DNA from: Vampirovibrio chlorellavorus
GTDB lineage: Bacteria > Cyanobacteriota > Vampirovibrionia > Vampirovibrionales > Vampirovibrionaceae
Reading direction: 5' to 3'
Assembly (NCBI GenBank): GCA_001858525.1
Contig: LAPX01000008.1
Location: 78,138 to 142,137 of the forward strand
DNA length: 64,000 bases
Part shown: positions 18,740 through 29,981 of the stretch, piece by piece
How positions within the stretch are numbered: position 1 is the stretch's first letter
Layout: each line of letters opens with the position of its first letter
The notes under the pieces: generated by a model
The model's database searches: none
What the model saw: only the letters and a program-made list of their open reading frames with translations
Told to the model about the DNA's origin: nothing
Made by a program: the position numbers and the translations under genes

Positions 18740-19240
18740 ATGAGCTTTCTTCAGCAATTAGAGCAATCCAATGTGTTCAACGTATTGCTGGTGGCCTTAA
18801 TTTTAGGGTTTGTGGCCAAAAAATTGAATCTCTTTGGCAGCATCGATGTGCAGCGTCAAAAGCTGGCCGCCGAAATTGAAGCCGTTGAATTGCAAAAGAA
18901 AAAGGCACTGGAACAACTGGAAGAAACCCAGCGCAAAACCAGCAATTTGAATGACGAAATCAACGAAATTTTGAGCACCGCCCGCGCCTCGGCAGAATCC
19001 ATGTCCAACCAGATTTTGAGTGATGCTCGCAATGAATCGACCAAAATCGTGGAAAACGCCAAAAAGCGGGTAGAACTGGAACAACGGGCAGCCATCAAGG
19101 ATCTGGAGCGCCGTTTGTTAAACGATGCGCTGGCCGATGCCCGCACAGAGTTGGCCTCACAATTGAGCGCCGCTGACCAAAAACGCTCCGTGGAAACCTT
19201 TTTGGATGAACTGTCGCAAATCAAGGGAGGCCAGCGCTGA
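18740..19240 (+). CDS. atpF: F0F1 ATP synthase subunit b
   Basis: Start placed at ATG 18740 (MSFLQQLEQSNVFNVLLVALILGFV...); the ORF opens at 18653. TM plus a long helix. The stop overlaps the atpH start (ATGA at 19240). Confidence 0.8.
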   Translation: MSFLQQLEQSNVFNVLLVALILGFVAKKLNLFGSIDVQRQKLAAEIEAVELQKKKALEQLEETQRKTSNLNDEINEILSTARASAESMSNQILSDARNESTKIVENAKKRVELEQRAAIKDLERRLLNDALADARTELASQLSAADQKRSVETFLDELSQIKGGQR

Positions 19241-19794
19241 TGAGCAATCGATTGGAAAACAACAAGGTTGCCTCCCGCTACGCCAAGGCTTTGTTTGAAA
19301 GCGTGCAGGAAACTGGTGAAATTGAAAAGATCCACGAGGAACTCAAGACCGTCGCGGACTTGATCACCCAAGTGCCCCAGCTGGGGCCGTTCCTGGAAAA
19401 TCCGGGCGTTCCCCAAGTCGATAAACAGCAATTTATCGATGAGCAGTTCGGCAAAAAAGTCAGCCCGTGGGTTCACCGGTTACTGAAGCTTCTGGTGGAG
19501 AATCAGCGAGCAGGGGTGATCCCGCAATTGCTCAGCCAATTTACCGAGTTTCGCAATCAGTATGAAAACAGCACGACGGCCGAAATCATCACGGCCGTGG
19601 AACTGGAAGAGGAACTGCGCACCCGCATTCGCAAAACCTTGGAATCCACCATGGGGTTCACCCGGGTCGATTTACAAAACCGCGTGGATCCGGGCTTATT
19701 GGGCGGCGCCATTATCAAAATTCAGGATCAGGTCATCGACGGCAGCTATGTAGGCCGCCTGGAAGCCTTACGCAAGCAGGTGGAAACCCTGTAG
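19240..19794 (+). CDS. atpH: F0F1 ATP synthase subunit delta (OSCP)
   Basis: 184 aa; VASRYAKALFE N-terminus and DPGLLGGAIIKIQDQVIDGS C-terminal motif. Confidence 0.85.
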   Translation: MSNRLENNKVASRYAKALFESVQETGEIEKIHEELKTVADLITQVPQLGPFLENPGVPQVDKQQFIDEQFGKKVSPWVHRLLKLLVENQRAGVIPQLLSQFTEFRNQYENSTTAEIITAVELEEELRTRIRKTLESTMGFTRVDLQNRVDPGLLGGAIIKIQDQVIDGSYVGRLEALRKQVETL

Positions 19795-21384
<1,590 letters not shown>

Positions 21385-21408
21385 GAAGGTCAGCGAAGGA
21401 AGCAAACC

Positions 21409-22347
21409 ATGCCCAACCTGAAAGACATCCGACGCCGGATTAAAAGCGTCAAAAGTACCCAGAAAATAACCCAGGCCATGCGCATGGTGGCCGCAGCCAA
21501 GGTAAAACGCGCTGAAAACCGCGTCAGAGCGGCGCGTCCTTATGCGTCCGAGTTTCGCAAGATATTCAGTGATGTCTTCAATGCGCTTAAAAACCACAAC
21601 GAGGACATCAGCGGCTCTCGTTACGCAGATCTGCTGCAATCCCGACAAATCCACAATGTGGGTATCGTGGTCATCAGCTCCGACCGTGGCTTGTGCGGAA
21701 ACTACAACTCTGCGGTCATTCGTCAGGCTTTCCGCCTGGAGAAGGAGATCAAGGCTCGCGGATTAACCCCCAAATTCTACCTGGTGGGTAACAAGGCCAT
21801 TCAGGCGTTTGCCCGATATTCCAATTCGGAGATTCTGGGCCGTAGCGCTGGTATCTCCGCAGCCCCCACCGTAGAAGACGCCAATTTGATTGCCCAGACG
21901 ATGACCCAGGCTTTCCTGGACGGAAAGATTGACACCATTGATGTGTTATCCACGCACTTTGTGTCCATGATTTCTTACAAGGTGCAGATTAGCCCAGTGA
22001 TTCCGGTTCGTTCGTTCATTGACTGGGAGCCAGAACTGATTCCCACCCTGAATGACAGCCACTACAGCGTGTCTCCCAGCGATTTAAAACCCGAATTGCT
22101 GCTGGAGCCCAACGCGGTGAACATTCTGGACAAGATGGTGCCCATGTTTGTCAGCAATCTGCTCTACACCTTGTTACTGGAAGGTTCTGCCAGTGAGTTG
22201 GCCGCCCGGATGACCGCCATGTCCAACGCCACCAGCAACGCTGGGGATATGATCACCCGCCTGACCATTCAGTACAACAAGGTTCGCCAAGCCGCCATCA
22301 CCCAGGAAATTCTGGAAATTGTGGGCGGCGCCGAAGCGCTGAAATAA
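21409..22347 (+). CDS. atpG: F0F1 ATP synthase subunit gamma
   Basis: 312 aa; IKSVKSTQKITQAMRMVAAAK N-terminus and ITQEILEIVGGAEAL C-terminus. Confidence 0.93.
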   Translation: MPNLKDIRRRIKSVKSTQKITQAMRMVAAAKVKRAENRVRAARPYASEFRKIFSDVFNALKNHNEDISGSRYADLLQSRQIHNVGIVVISSDRGLCGNYNSAVIRQAFRLEKEIKARGLTPKFYLVGNKAIQAFARYSNSEILGRSAGISAAPTVEDANLIAQTMTQAFLDGKIDTIDVLSTHFVSMISYKVQISPVIPVRSFIDWEPELIPTLNDSHYSVSPSDLKPELLLEPNAVNILDKMVPMFVSNLLYTLLLEGSASELAARMTAMSNATSNAGDMITRLTIQYNKVRQAAITQEILEIVGGAEALK

Positions 22348-22360
22348 ATAACTTCAAAAG

Positions 22361-22396
22361 AAAAGCCGGCTGGGCATAAAGCTCGGCCGGTTTTTT
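22361..22396 (+). terminator. rho-independent terminator after atpG
   Basis: aaaaGCCGGCtgggcataaagctcgGCCGGtttttt: GC stem flanked by an A-tract and a T-tract, so possibly bidirectional. Confidence 0.65.
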
Positions 22397-22480
22397 GATG
22401 GGTAAAAAATAAATTGTGTTTTCAGGGCTTTTAAATCAAGTCAAAAACAATGAAACCACCGTGATTTGAAGCATCTGGTA

Positions 22481-22693
22481 CTAGGCGAAAGTATCCAGGT
22501 GACCCAAACTGTGGGTTTCATATTGACCCAAAGAACTGGAACCCGTGAACAAGGGGGTACCATTAAAGGTATCCACGCACAGGTTGGCGCTGCCGCTGGC
22601 GGTAGCCCCTTTGAAGGTCGGTAACGCAGCACGAATGGGTTGGTTTGCCACTGGGGTCAACAGGGTTTTAAGTGCGGCTCCAAAAGCATTCAT
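22481..22693 (-). CDS. hypothetical 70-aa protein
   Basis: MNAFGAALKTLLTPVANQPIRAALPTFKGATASGSANLCVDTFNGTPLFTGSSSLGQYETHSLGHLDTFA. Codon usage looks genic (acc/ctg/gcc rich). The ORF extends to a TTG at 22768. No recognisable family. Confidence 0.4.
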   Translation of the reverse strand: MNAFGAALKTLLTPVANQPIRAALPTFKGATASGSANLCVDTFNGTPLFTGSSSLGQYETHSLGHLDTFA

Positions 22694-22991
22694 ACGAAAA
22701 CACTCACTTTCTGAATTAGCTTCCTTAAAGAAAAAGGTTGGTAGACGAGTTAGGTTTTTGTCTTTCAAACACTTAGGTTAGTGTCATTAAAACACCCTAA
22801 TAGAATTTTGTAAACACCAGTATGAAAATTTTTATGAAGCCCCATGCCTGGCTGATATTGAAGGGGTTTTGGCAGAGCGATGACAATCCGGCCGGATTTT
22901 GCGTATACTATAAAGAGTTTTCAGCAAAGCCCGCCTGAATTTGAGCGGTCAACGCCCGTCACAGCATGCCCAAAGTCAGAGAGACCCCTTC

Positions 22992-25900
22992 ATGTTCGAC
23001 TTAATCCGCAAGATCCTGCCCGATCCCAACGAGCGTAAAATCAAAGCCCGTGAGCCTATCGTGGATCACATCAACGATCTGGAAGCGGAAATGCAAGCCC
23101 TCAGCGACGATGAACTGCGGGGCAAGACAGACTACTTCCGGCAAATGCTGGCTGGACGGGAACGTGGCGAAAACGAAAAGCGGGACCGTCAACTGGAAAA
23201 AGAAATGCTGGACATGATGTTGCCAGAAGCTTTTGCCGTGGTCCGGGAAGCCAGCCGTCGGGTGCTGAACATGCGCCACTTTGACGTGCAATTGCTAGGC
23301 GGCATGGTGCTGCATGACGGTGGAATTGCCGAAATGCGCACCGGGGAAGGAAAAACACTGGTAGCCACCCTGCCCGCCTACCTGAACGCCCTGACCGGCA
23401 AAGGGGTCCATGTCATTACCGTAAACGACTACTTGGCACGTCGAGACGCTGAGTGGATGGGCAAAGTCTACAACTTTTTAGGCCTGAGCACCGGTATGGT
23501 GCTGTCTCAGCAGCGCAGTTTCAATGCGTTTGCTGATAAAAAAGCCGCTTATGCCGCAGACATCACCTACGGCACCAACAACGAGTTTGGTTTCGACTAC
23601 CTGCGGGACAATATGGCAGGCTCCAAGAGCCAATTGGTCCAACGCCCCTTCAACTTTGCAATTATTGACGAAGTGGACAGCATCCTGATTGATGAAGCCC
23701 GAACCCCGCTCATCATCAGCGGACGACTGGAGCAATCGGCCGACATGTACCGCACCATGGCCCGTATTGCCCCCTTATTGCAGCCCGAACGCGATTACAC
23801 CGTGGATGAAAAGGGCCGCAACGTGGTGTTGACCGAAGAGGGGATCGATCGCGCTCAGGAAATCCTGGGTGTGGAAGACCTGTTTGATATTCAGCACAAC
23901 ATGGCCCACCACATGCTACAGGCCCTGAAAGCCAAGGAACTGTTCCGCCTGGATGTGGACTATGTGGTCAAAAACAACGAAGTGGTTATTGTAGATGAGT
24001 TCACGGGCCGCTTAATGGACGGACGTCGCTGGAGCGATGGCCTGCACCAGGCCGTAGAAGCCAAAGAGGGTGTCGCCATTCAGGATGAAACCCAGACCTT
24101 GGCCAGCATCACCTTCCAGAACCTGTTTCGTCTGTACCCCAAACTCTCCGGGATGACCGGAACGGCCCAAACCGAAGAAGCCGAATTCGGCAAGATTTAC
24201 AACCTCAGTGTAACCACCATCCCCACCAACCGTTCGGATAAACGTAACAACCTGCCCGACACCATTTACAAGAACGAGCGCATCAAAATGCTCAAGGTGG
24301 TGGAAGAGATTGTGGAATACCACCAACTGGGTCGCCCGGTGCTGGTGGGAACGGTTTCCATCGAAAAGTCCGAAGAGATTTCCCACCTACTGTCCAAGCC
24401 AATCACCCTGACCCAGCACCTGCGGGAAAAGGCCGCCCGCCTGCTGAACAGTCTGGATGCCACAAAGGACGCCGAATTGTACAACAAGATGGCTGGCAAA
24501 TTGCGCAATCCGGAAGCGGCACGCCCGGAAGATTTCACGGAACTGGCCAAAGATCAGTCTGAAGATCTGGCCGTCTTTCTGGAAGGGCTGGCCAAAACGC
24601 TAAAAACAGTAATTGCCATTCAAAACGGCCTGCCTCACCAAGTGCTGAACGCCAAACATCACGAGCAAGAGGCCATGATCGTGGCTCAGGCCGGACGCAA
24701 AGGGGCCATCACCATCGCCACCAACATGGCTGGTCGAGGGACTGACATTTTGCTGGGTGGTAACGCCGATGCCATGGCCAAGAGCGAGTTTGAACTAATG
24801 GGGATGGACTGGCGCACCGTGGATCCGCAGGATCTGGACGCAGCCATTGCCCGCAAGAAACTGCTGACCGATATCGAAAAAGAAGAAGTGCAGTCCCAGG
24901 GCGGTTTACACATCATCGGAACTGAGCGTCACGAATCCCGGCGGATTGACAACCAATTGCGGGGTCGGGCCGCCCGTCAAGGCGATCCGGGTTCCACCCA
25001 CTTCTTCCTGTCGCTGGAAGACGGACTGATGCGCAAATTCGGCGGCGATCGCATCGCAGGAATGATGGACATGCTGGGCGTGGATGAAACCATGCCCATT
25101 TCCGCCAAAATGGTCAGCCGGGCCATTGAAGGGGCCCAGCGCAAGGTGGAAGCCTACTATTTTGATATTCGTAAGAACATTTTGCAGTACGACGATGTAC
25201 TGACCGAGCAGCGCCAACTGATTTACGAGCAACGTAAAAAAGTGCTGAACGGGGAAAACCTGCGGGATTCCGTTCGCCACATGGTGGAGCAAGCCATGGA
25301 GCGCATTGTGACCACCCACTTGCCTCCCAACACCACCCCGGAAGACTGGGCCGAAGACGTACTGGCCGAAATGCTGAACACCATTCACGGCATTTGCCCG
25401 CAACTGGGGCCGGTCATTACCGTGGAAAGTCTGAGCGGCAAAAGTCAGGCGCAGGTGCTGGACTTCGTGAAAACCGAAGGCGTCAAAGTCTATGAAACGC
25501 TGGAAAGCGAACTCAGCCGAATTTCCAAAGAACTGGAAGCCTCTCACGGGGTGAATTTAGCCGGTCTGGATGAAGATGATGAGCAAGCGGCCAGTGAGCT
25601 GGAAAAACTGTCGCCCGAGAAAGTGGCTGAAATCAAGCATCCACTGCGCCGCATTGAGCGGGATATTTTGCTCTCGGTCATCGACAACCGCTGGATTGAC
25701 TACCTGCACAACCTGGATGGGCTGCGGGACGGCATTGGCCTGCGAGCTTACGGCCAGAAGGATCCGCTGATTGAATACAAGCGGGAAGCCTTTGAAATGT
25801 TCCAGAACCTCACCTACGAAATTCAGCGGGATACGGTGATGATTCTGTTCAACACCCGCATTGAAATCCAGATGCAGCGCCAGATGGAAGAACCTGTGCT

Positions 25901-26099
25901 GAGTGTGGAAGAGGAAATGCACCACACCCCACTGACCGAGGCGTTGGAGCATATTCAGGAACTCCCGGAGATGAGTACGGCTACCACGTTCATTGATGCT
26001 GAACTCCCCTCAGGTATTGCCGATTCCGGCTTGGAGCCGGGCGATGGTCCTGATGAAAATCGCTCCAGAAAAAAGCCCAGCAAGATTAACCCCTTCTAG
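22992..26099 (+). CDS. secA: preprotein translocase ATPase SecA
   Basis: MRTGEGKTLV Walker A, DEVDSILIDEARTPLIIS DEAD-like box, and TNMAGRGTDI. Start placed at ATG 22992 (MFDLIRKILP...); the ORF opens at TTG 22941. The C-terminus has no Cys-rich zinc-finger tail. Confidence 0.97.
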   Translation: MFDLIRKILPDPNERKIKAREPIVDHINDLEAEMQALSDDELRGKTDYFRQMLAGRERGENEKRDRQLEKEMLDMMLPEAFAVVREASRRVLNMRHFDVQLLGGMVLHDGGIAEMRTGEGKTLVATLPAYLNALTGKGVHVITVNDYLARRDAEWMGKVYNFLGLSTGMVLSQQRSFNAFADKKAAYAADITYGTNNEFGFDYLRDNMAGSKSQLVQRPFNFAIIDEVDSILIDEARTPLIISGRLEQSADMYRTMARIAPLLQPERDYTVDEKGRNVVLTEEGIDRAQEILGVEDLFDIQHNMAHHMLQALKAKELFRLDVDYVVKNNEVVIVDEFTGRLMDGRRWSDGLHQAVEAKEGVAIQDETQTLASITFQNLFRLYPKLSGMTGTAQTEEAEFGKIYNLSVTTIPTNRSDKRNNLPDTIYKNERIKMLKVVEEIVEYHQLGRPVLVGTVSIEKSEEISHLLSKPITLTQHLREKAARLLNSLDATKDAELYNKMAGKLRNPEAARPEDFTELAKDQSEDLAVFLEGLAKTLKTVIAIQNGLPHQVLNAKHHEQEAMIVAQAGRKGAITIATNMAGRGTDILLGGNADAMAKSEFELMGMDWRTVDPQDLDAAIARKKLLTDIEKEEVQSQGGLHIIGTERHESRRIDNQLRGRAARQGDPGSTHFFLSLEDGLMRKFGGDRIAGMMDMLGVDETMPISAKMVSRAIEGAQRKVEAYYFDIRKNILQYDDVLTEQRQLIYEQRKKVLNGENLRDSVRHMVEQAMERIVTTHLPPNTTPEDWAEDVLAEMLNTIHGICPQLGPVITVESLSGKSQAQVLDFVKTEGVKVYETLESELSRISKELEASHGVNLAGLDEDDEQAASELEKLSPEKVAEIKHPLRRIERDILLSVIDNRWIDYLHNLDGLRDGIGLRAYGQKDPLIEYKREAFEMFQNLTYEIQRDTVMILFNTRIEIQMQRQMEEPVLSVEEEMHHTPLTEALEHIQELPEMSTATTFIDAELPSGIADSGLEPGDGPDENRSRKKPSKINPF

Positions 26100-26148
26100 G
26101 CCTGCTTCTCAATAATTAATCTTTCTACGCACAAAATAAACAAAAGAA

Positions 26149-27672
26149 GTGTTTATGCATGCAAGTGACAGGGCGTGGAAGATTTATTCTGTGAAAAGCA
26201 AGCTGGGCACACTGTGGCCTTCAAAATGGCCTTTTAAAAAGGGCGGTAAAATGCTCAAGCGTTCGGACGGCTTCCTGCCCGCAGAGCGCAAATTAAAGCG
26301 CCAACTGAGCCAGGATGTATTTCAGGCCGAAAAACAGCAGGTCAAAGCTCACAACCAACTCAGCGATGCCCTCCAGAAACGCAATGAGGCCCAAGGCACG
26401 CTCACCGAAAAACTGGTCGATGCGGGCAGCAAAAGCTCTATCCAACGGGTGGGCGTAGGCATGGCCGAACGCGGACTACAAATGCCCGCCGTGGCCAAAG
26501 CGGTCGATCAACAACTTCAACCCCTGGGATTGAGCAGCGAACTGGGCAAAGGGTTTCTGGATGGCTTCGCCGCCCAGAAGGGACTGAAAAAAGGGTTGAA
26601 CCCCTCACAATACAGCAACCCGAACCCCATCGATTACACCAAGACCGGAACCGAAGTCTTATCCGCCACCCCGCAAGTAGCCAAGCTCACCCAACGTCAG
26701 GCCAAAGTGGCCCGCAAGGCAGAGCGTTATACTCAAAAAACTGAACAACTCAAAGAGGTCAAGCTGGCCAATTTAGCCCAAAAACAGGGTGAACTGCGAA
26801 GCTATAGCAGAGGGCATCTCAAATCCGGTTCCGTTCAGGCGGAGTCTCCGGAGGCGTTAGCCCAAATGCTCAATGGCACCAATCCAAGCAGCCTGATTGG
26901 TAAAAAGGCCGTTCAGGTTCTAGATGTAACTGGTGCCAGATTGACGCCGGAACCGGCTCCCGGCAAGCTGACCAAGCCCACCAAAGAACCACTTTTTGGA
27001 GGTGAGCTGTCCCCAAAGGAAAAAGCACACAAACAGCTGGAAGCCAGAGATCAACGGCTCCGCCAACTGGACGCCGAATTGCGCCAGCAAGACCCGTCGG
27101 CTTTAAATCAAGCCATTCGGGAGCGAGATTTTTACCAAACCAGCACGGTAGGCGATGTCCTGCGGGGCGCGGCGAATCAGCCTAAGGAAGCTGGCATTGT
27201 GCTGAGTCACGTGGCCCATCAACACATCCCCAAGGGGCCAGGGGCCCAAGCATTGTACAGCCCGAAAACAGTCAAAAACGCGGAATATCAGCTTTCTCAT
27301 TCTGTAGGCCAGGAGCTGGGCAAGGGAAACGCCGAAAAAATGTTGCAGGCCCAGGTCAAAGTGGAAACCTTGCACAATCAGGGCAAAAGCACCGCTCAGG
27401 AACTACGGGATCTGCACAGGCAAAAGGCGCTGGAATCTGATCGTCAGATGATGATTGACGCAGATGGCGACACCTTCTTCGATGCCTTTGAGTCCGCAAG
27501 GAACCTTCGTAAAGCGGAAAAGCGCTACGATGCGACCGCCCTTCAACAACTACCCCGACCGGAAGACGCTTTATACCTGGATGATACCGTCAGCCAGTTC
27601 ATCCCGAAAAGTCTGGGCGAAGGGCTTCGTCGTCCGCTGCGGGCCTGGCTTGATCCGCCCGCGCAACCCTAG
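26149..27672 (+). CDS. hypothetical Gln/Lys-rich protein, no recognisable domain
   Basis: 507-aa ORF starting 50 nt after secA. No signal peptide or TM. Coiled-coil-like stretches ([21 protein letters not shown]). Start uncertain (GTG 26149, ATG 26155 or ATG 26251). Confidence 0.6.
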   Translation: MFMHASDRAWKIYSVKSKLGTLWPSKWPFKKGGKMLKRSDGFLPAERKLKRQLSQDVFQAEKQQVKAHNQLSDALQKRNEAQGTLTEKLVDAGSKSSIQRVGVGMAERGLQMPAVAKAVDQQLQPLGLSSELGKGFLDGFAAQKGLKKGLNPSQYSNPNPIDYTKTGTEVLSATPQVAKLTQRQAKVARKAERYTQKTEQLKEVKLANLAQKQGELRSYSRGHLKSGSVQAESPEALAQMLNGTNPSSLIGKKAVQVLDVTGARLTPEPAPGKLTKPTKEPLFGGELSPKEKAHKQLEARDQRLRQLDAELRQQDPSALNQAIRERDFYQTSTVGDVLRGAANQPKEAGIVLSHVAHQHIPKGPGAQALYSPKTVKNAEYQLSHSVGQELGKGNAEKMLQAQVKVETLHNQGKSTAQELRDLHRQKALESDRQMMIDADGDTFFDAFESARNLRKAEKRYDATALQQLPRPEDALYLDDTVSQFIPKSLGEGLRRPLRAWLDPPAQP

Positions 27673-27786
27673 ACTCCCGCCTCAAGGCTGGGTCTCATCT
27701 ACATATAACTTTACACTTCCGCCCGAATCCTAAAGTTGTCTTTGAAAATACCGATACCTTCCTCAGTCATCAACTGAGGCCACGGC

Positions 27787-28605
27787 ATGGATTTCTACAA
27801 CAGCGCGTTTGGACAGAACACCCAAAAAATGCTTGGCGATTACGCGCGCTATGCCAAAAGCATCCAGAAAGGCGACGGCGTCAACGCCTCTAAAAATGAT
27901 GGATCCGCTGGGGCCATGCAAAATCAGATGATGATGCTCATGATGATGATGATGAGCCAAATGACCGGGCAATCTATGCCAATAGACTTACTGAACCAGC
28001 TTCCCTTACCCTTTGTACCAGGCCTGCCGGGCACAAAACCGACCAACCCGGCCATGATTTCTCTGGAGAGTCGCTTCGCCCAAAAAGCGACCGAACAAAA
28101 TCCAGAGGCCCCCACGATCGAATTCACCAATAAGGATATTGATGCGGTCAAAGCGGATCTCAAGGCGGGTGTTTTTACTCGGGAAGAATTGGGCCAAGCC
28201 CTCATGTATCAACTGGCGGCGGGCCCGGACAAGTTCCAGCCCGCCATCAAAAAACTCATTCAGGCCTTTACCGATTCCGGCGACCTGAATGCAACTTCTT
28301 TTTTAAAGGGAGATTACCTGAAGCAACTCCCGGAAGCCCGCAAGGATACCCTGTTGTCAGCCCTCAGTGGCGCAGGCCTGACCTACGATAATAACAAGCC
28401 CAATACCCGATTGATTGGATTTACCCTGGAAGCTCTGGGCCAACCGGAAAGCAGTGATAGCAAAGCATTTGTACAAAAGCTCCTGCAAAAAATACAAAAC
28501 GACCTTGGAACATCAACCGACAGTGCTCGCCGAAAAACACTGAGCCAACTGTTAGATCTGGCCGACATTTCGATCGATACCCAAGGAAAACTGACCTTCC
28601 CCTAG
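27787..28605 (+). CDS. hypothetical protein with poly-Met tract
   Basis: 272-aa ORF containing AMQNQMMMLMMMMMSQMTGQSMP. No family recognised. Confidence 0.6.
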   Translation: MDFYNSAFGQNTQKMLGDYARYAKSIQKGDGVNASKNDGSAGAMQNQMMMLMMMMMSQMTGQSMPIDLLNQLPLPFVPGLPGTKPTNPAMISLESRFAQKATEQNPEAPTIEFTNKDIDAVKADLKAGVFTREELGQALMYQLAAGPDKFQPAIKKLIQAFTDSGDLNATSFLKGDYLKQLPEARKDTLLSALSGAGLTYDNNKPNTRLIGFTLEALGQPESSDSKAFVQKLLQKIQNDLGTSTDSARRKTLSQLLDLADISIDTQGKLTFP

Positions 28606-29822
28606 GGGCGTTTCAAAGACGAATTAACCTCTGACGGCACCAATGACTGTTCCGTGGACGCAAACCGACCGCCCTCTCCCCGTTTACGAAAAAAAGGATT
28701 ATTGGGGTTTGGAGGATTTTGGAATGCCAACCGCTTCCGGGACTTTTTTGGAACCGGTTTTAACTCCGGCACATACTCACTGTCCAAAGTCGCTTCCGAG
28801 GTCTCTGCGTTTCGTTTGAGGCTGCTTTCAGTGTGTTTCTGGCGAGGCCATTCCAGCATTGGGAAATGAAGCCCCAAGGCTTCCTGTTCCCGACGAAACG
28901 CTAAAACCCAGGTGCGCAATTGCTTGGGAGTCAGCTGATAATTAGTCAGCAACGTTGGCCCGTCGGTTTGCCCACTGGCATACTCCTGAAGCATCAACGC
29001 CTTTTTGACTTTGAGCTCGGCACGCTTATTACCCAATTCGGCAGGCGTCTGCTCGGATGGGGGAGGGCTGGACTCTAACAGGGCAATCACATCCGCACGA
29101 ATCGCATCACTGGTCAGCGAGGACAGGCTCGAAACCGGACGGACTGACGACAAGTCCGGCTCCTGCGTTATTGTTAATCTGGATTGCTGCCGAGTCTTGT
29201 AACCAGCCTTGGTGTCGGCAGCGCGTGGCGATAAGGGTTCCTGAACCGATCCCCAAAGCTGCTGTACTTGAGAGGACAAATCCAAATCAGGACTTAAGGC
29301 GATTGCCTGCAAGAGATGCTCATCCTTGGCCTGTCGGCGAGGTTGAGTCCGGCCAGTGCTCAAATCCTGAACGGCAGATCGGCGCGATTGTTTTGACTTT
29401 TTGGGCACGATTCCAGAGGCGACCGCCAAGGAGGCAGTGTCTTCTTCGGCAAGCTGTGGTTTCGCTTTTGGGAGGCCAAAAACATCCGACAGAAAGGGTT
29501 GGATAGATGGCCCTGCTGGTTCAATTTCCGGGCCTGCGTCCAGGTCTGAGTCTGCTGGTAAGAAATCCGCAGTGGTATTAGGCACAAAATAGCTGCCAAC
29601 CTCCAGCGGTTCCAGGGAAAATTCCGGCTCAAACAAAGGCAACGGCGCAAGAGAAAAGGTATCTCCCTGAGCGGTGTGAAAAACGGGCGTGGTCGGCTCC
29701 ATTACAGGAAATTCAGGGCGGGTTAGTTCCTCACGAAGCCGATTTTCCCAATAGCTAGGCTTTAAAGCCCCAGCATGTTTTAAAAACGGGTTATATTGCT
29801 CCAAAGGCTTCATGCAAATCAC
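28602..29822 (-). CDS. hypothetical Pro/Ser/Glu-rich protein with a transposase-type HTH-like segment
   Basis: 406-aa ORF, mostly low complexity. The segment GPTLLTNYQLTPKQLRTWVLAFRREQEA resembles Tnp_1/psq-type helix-turn-helix motifs. It has a basic C-terminal tail (KKSRKRLAF..FFRKRGEGGRF). Possible later start at MKPLEQ. Confidence 0.55.
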   Translation of the reverse strand: MICMKPLEQYNPFLKHAGALKPSYWENRLREELTRPEFPVMEPTTPVFHTAQGDTFSLAPLPLFEPEFSLEPLEVGSYFVPNTTADFLPADSDLDAGPEIEPAGPSIQPFLSDVFGLPKAKPQLAEEDTASLAVASGIVPKKSKQSRRSAVQDLSTGRTQPRRQAKDEHLLQAIALSPDLDLSSQVQQLWGSVQEPLSPRAADTKAGYKTRQQSRLTITQEPDLSSVRPVSSLSSLTSDAIRADVIALLESSPPPSEQTPAELGNKRAELKVKKALMLQEYASGQTDGPTLLTNYQLTPKQLRTWVLAFRREQEALGLHFPMLEWPRQKHTESSLKRNAETSEATLDSEYVPELKPVPKKSRKRLAFQNPPNPNNPFFRKRGEGGRFASTEQSLVPSEVNSSLKRP

Positions 29823-29981
29823 TCCAAAGGTCGGGAAAACGAGTTACAAAAACAAAAAATGCGGCCAAAGGCCGAAGGTACAAACACAAAAAGAAAACCG
29901 TAACTTGAATTGCTATTTACTTACTACAAAATTAGTTTTCAATCAAGCCATTTCACTGAATTACGCCATTCCCATGGGCAG

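Noticed and set aside
27763-27972. Minus-strand ORF with a HHHHHEHHH tract (possible metal-binding peptide)
   Set aside because: The poly-His is just the reverse complement of the (ATG)n poly-Met tract of the plus-strand gene. It is short, with no SD.
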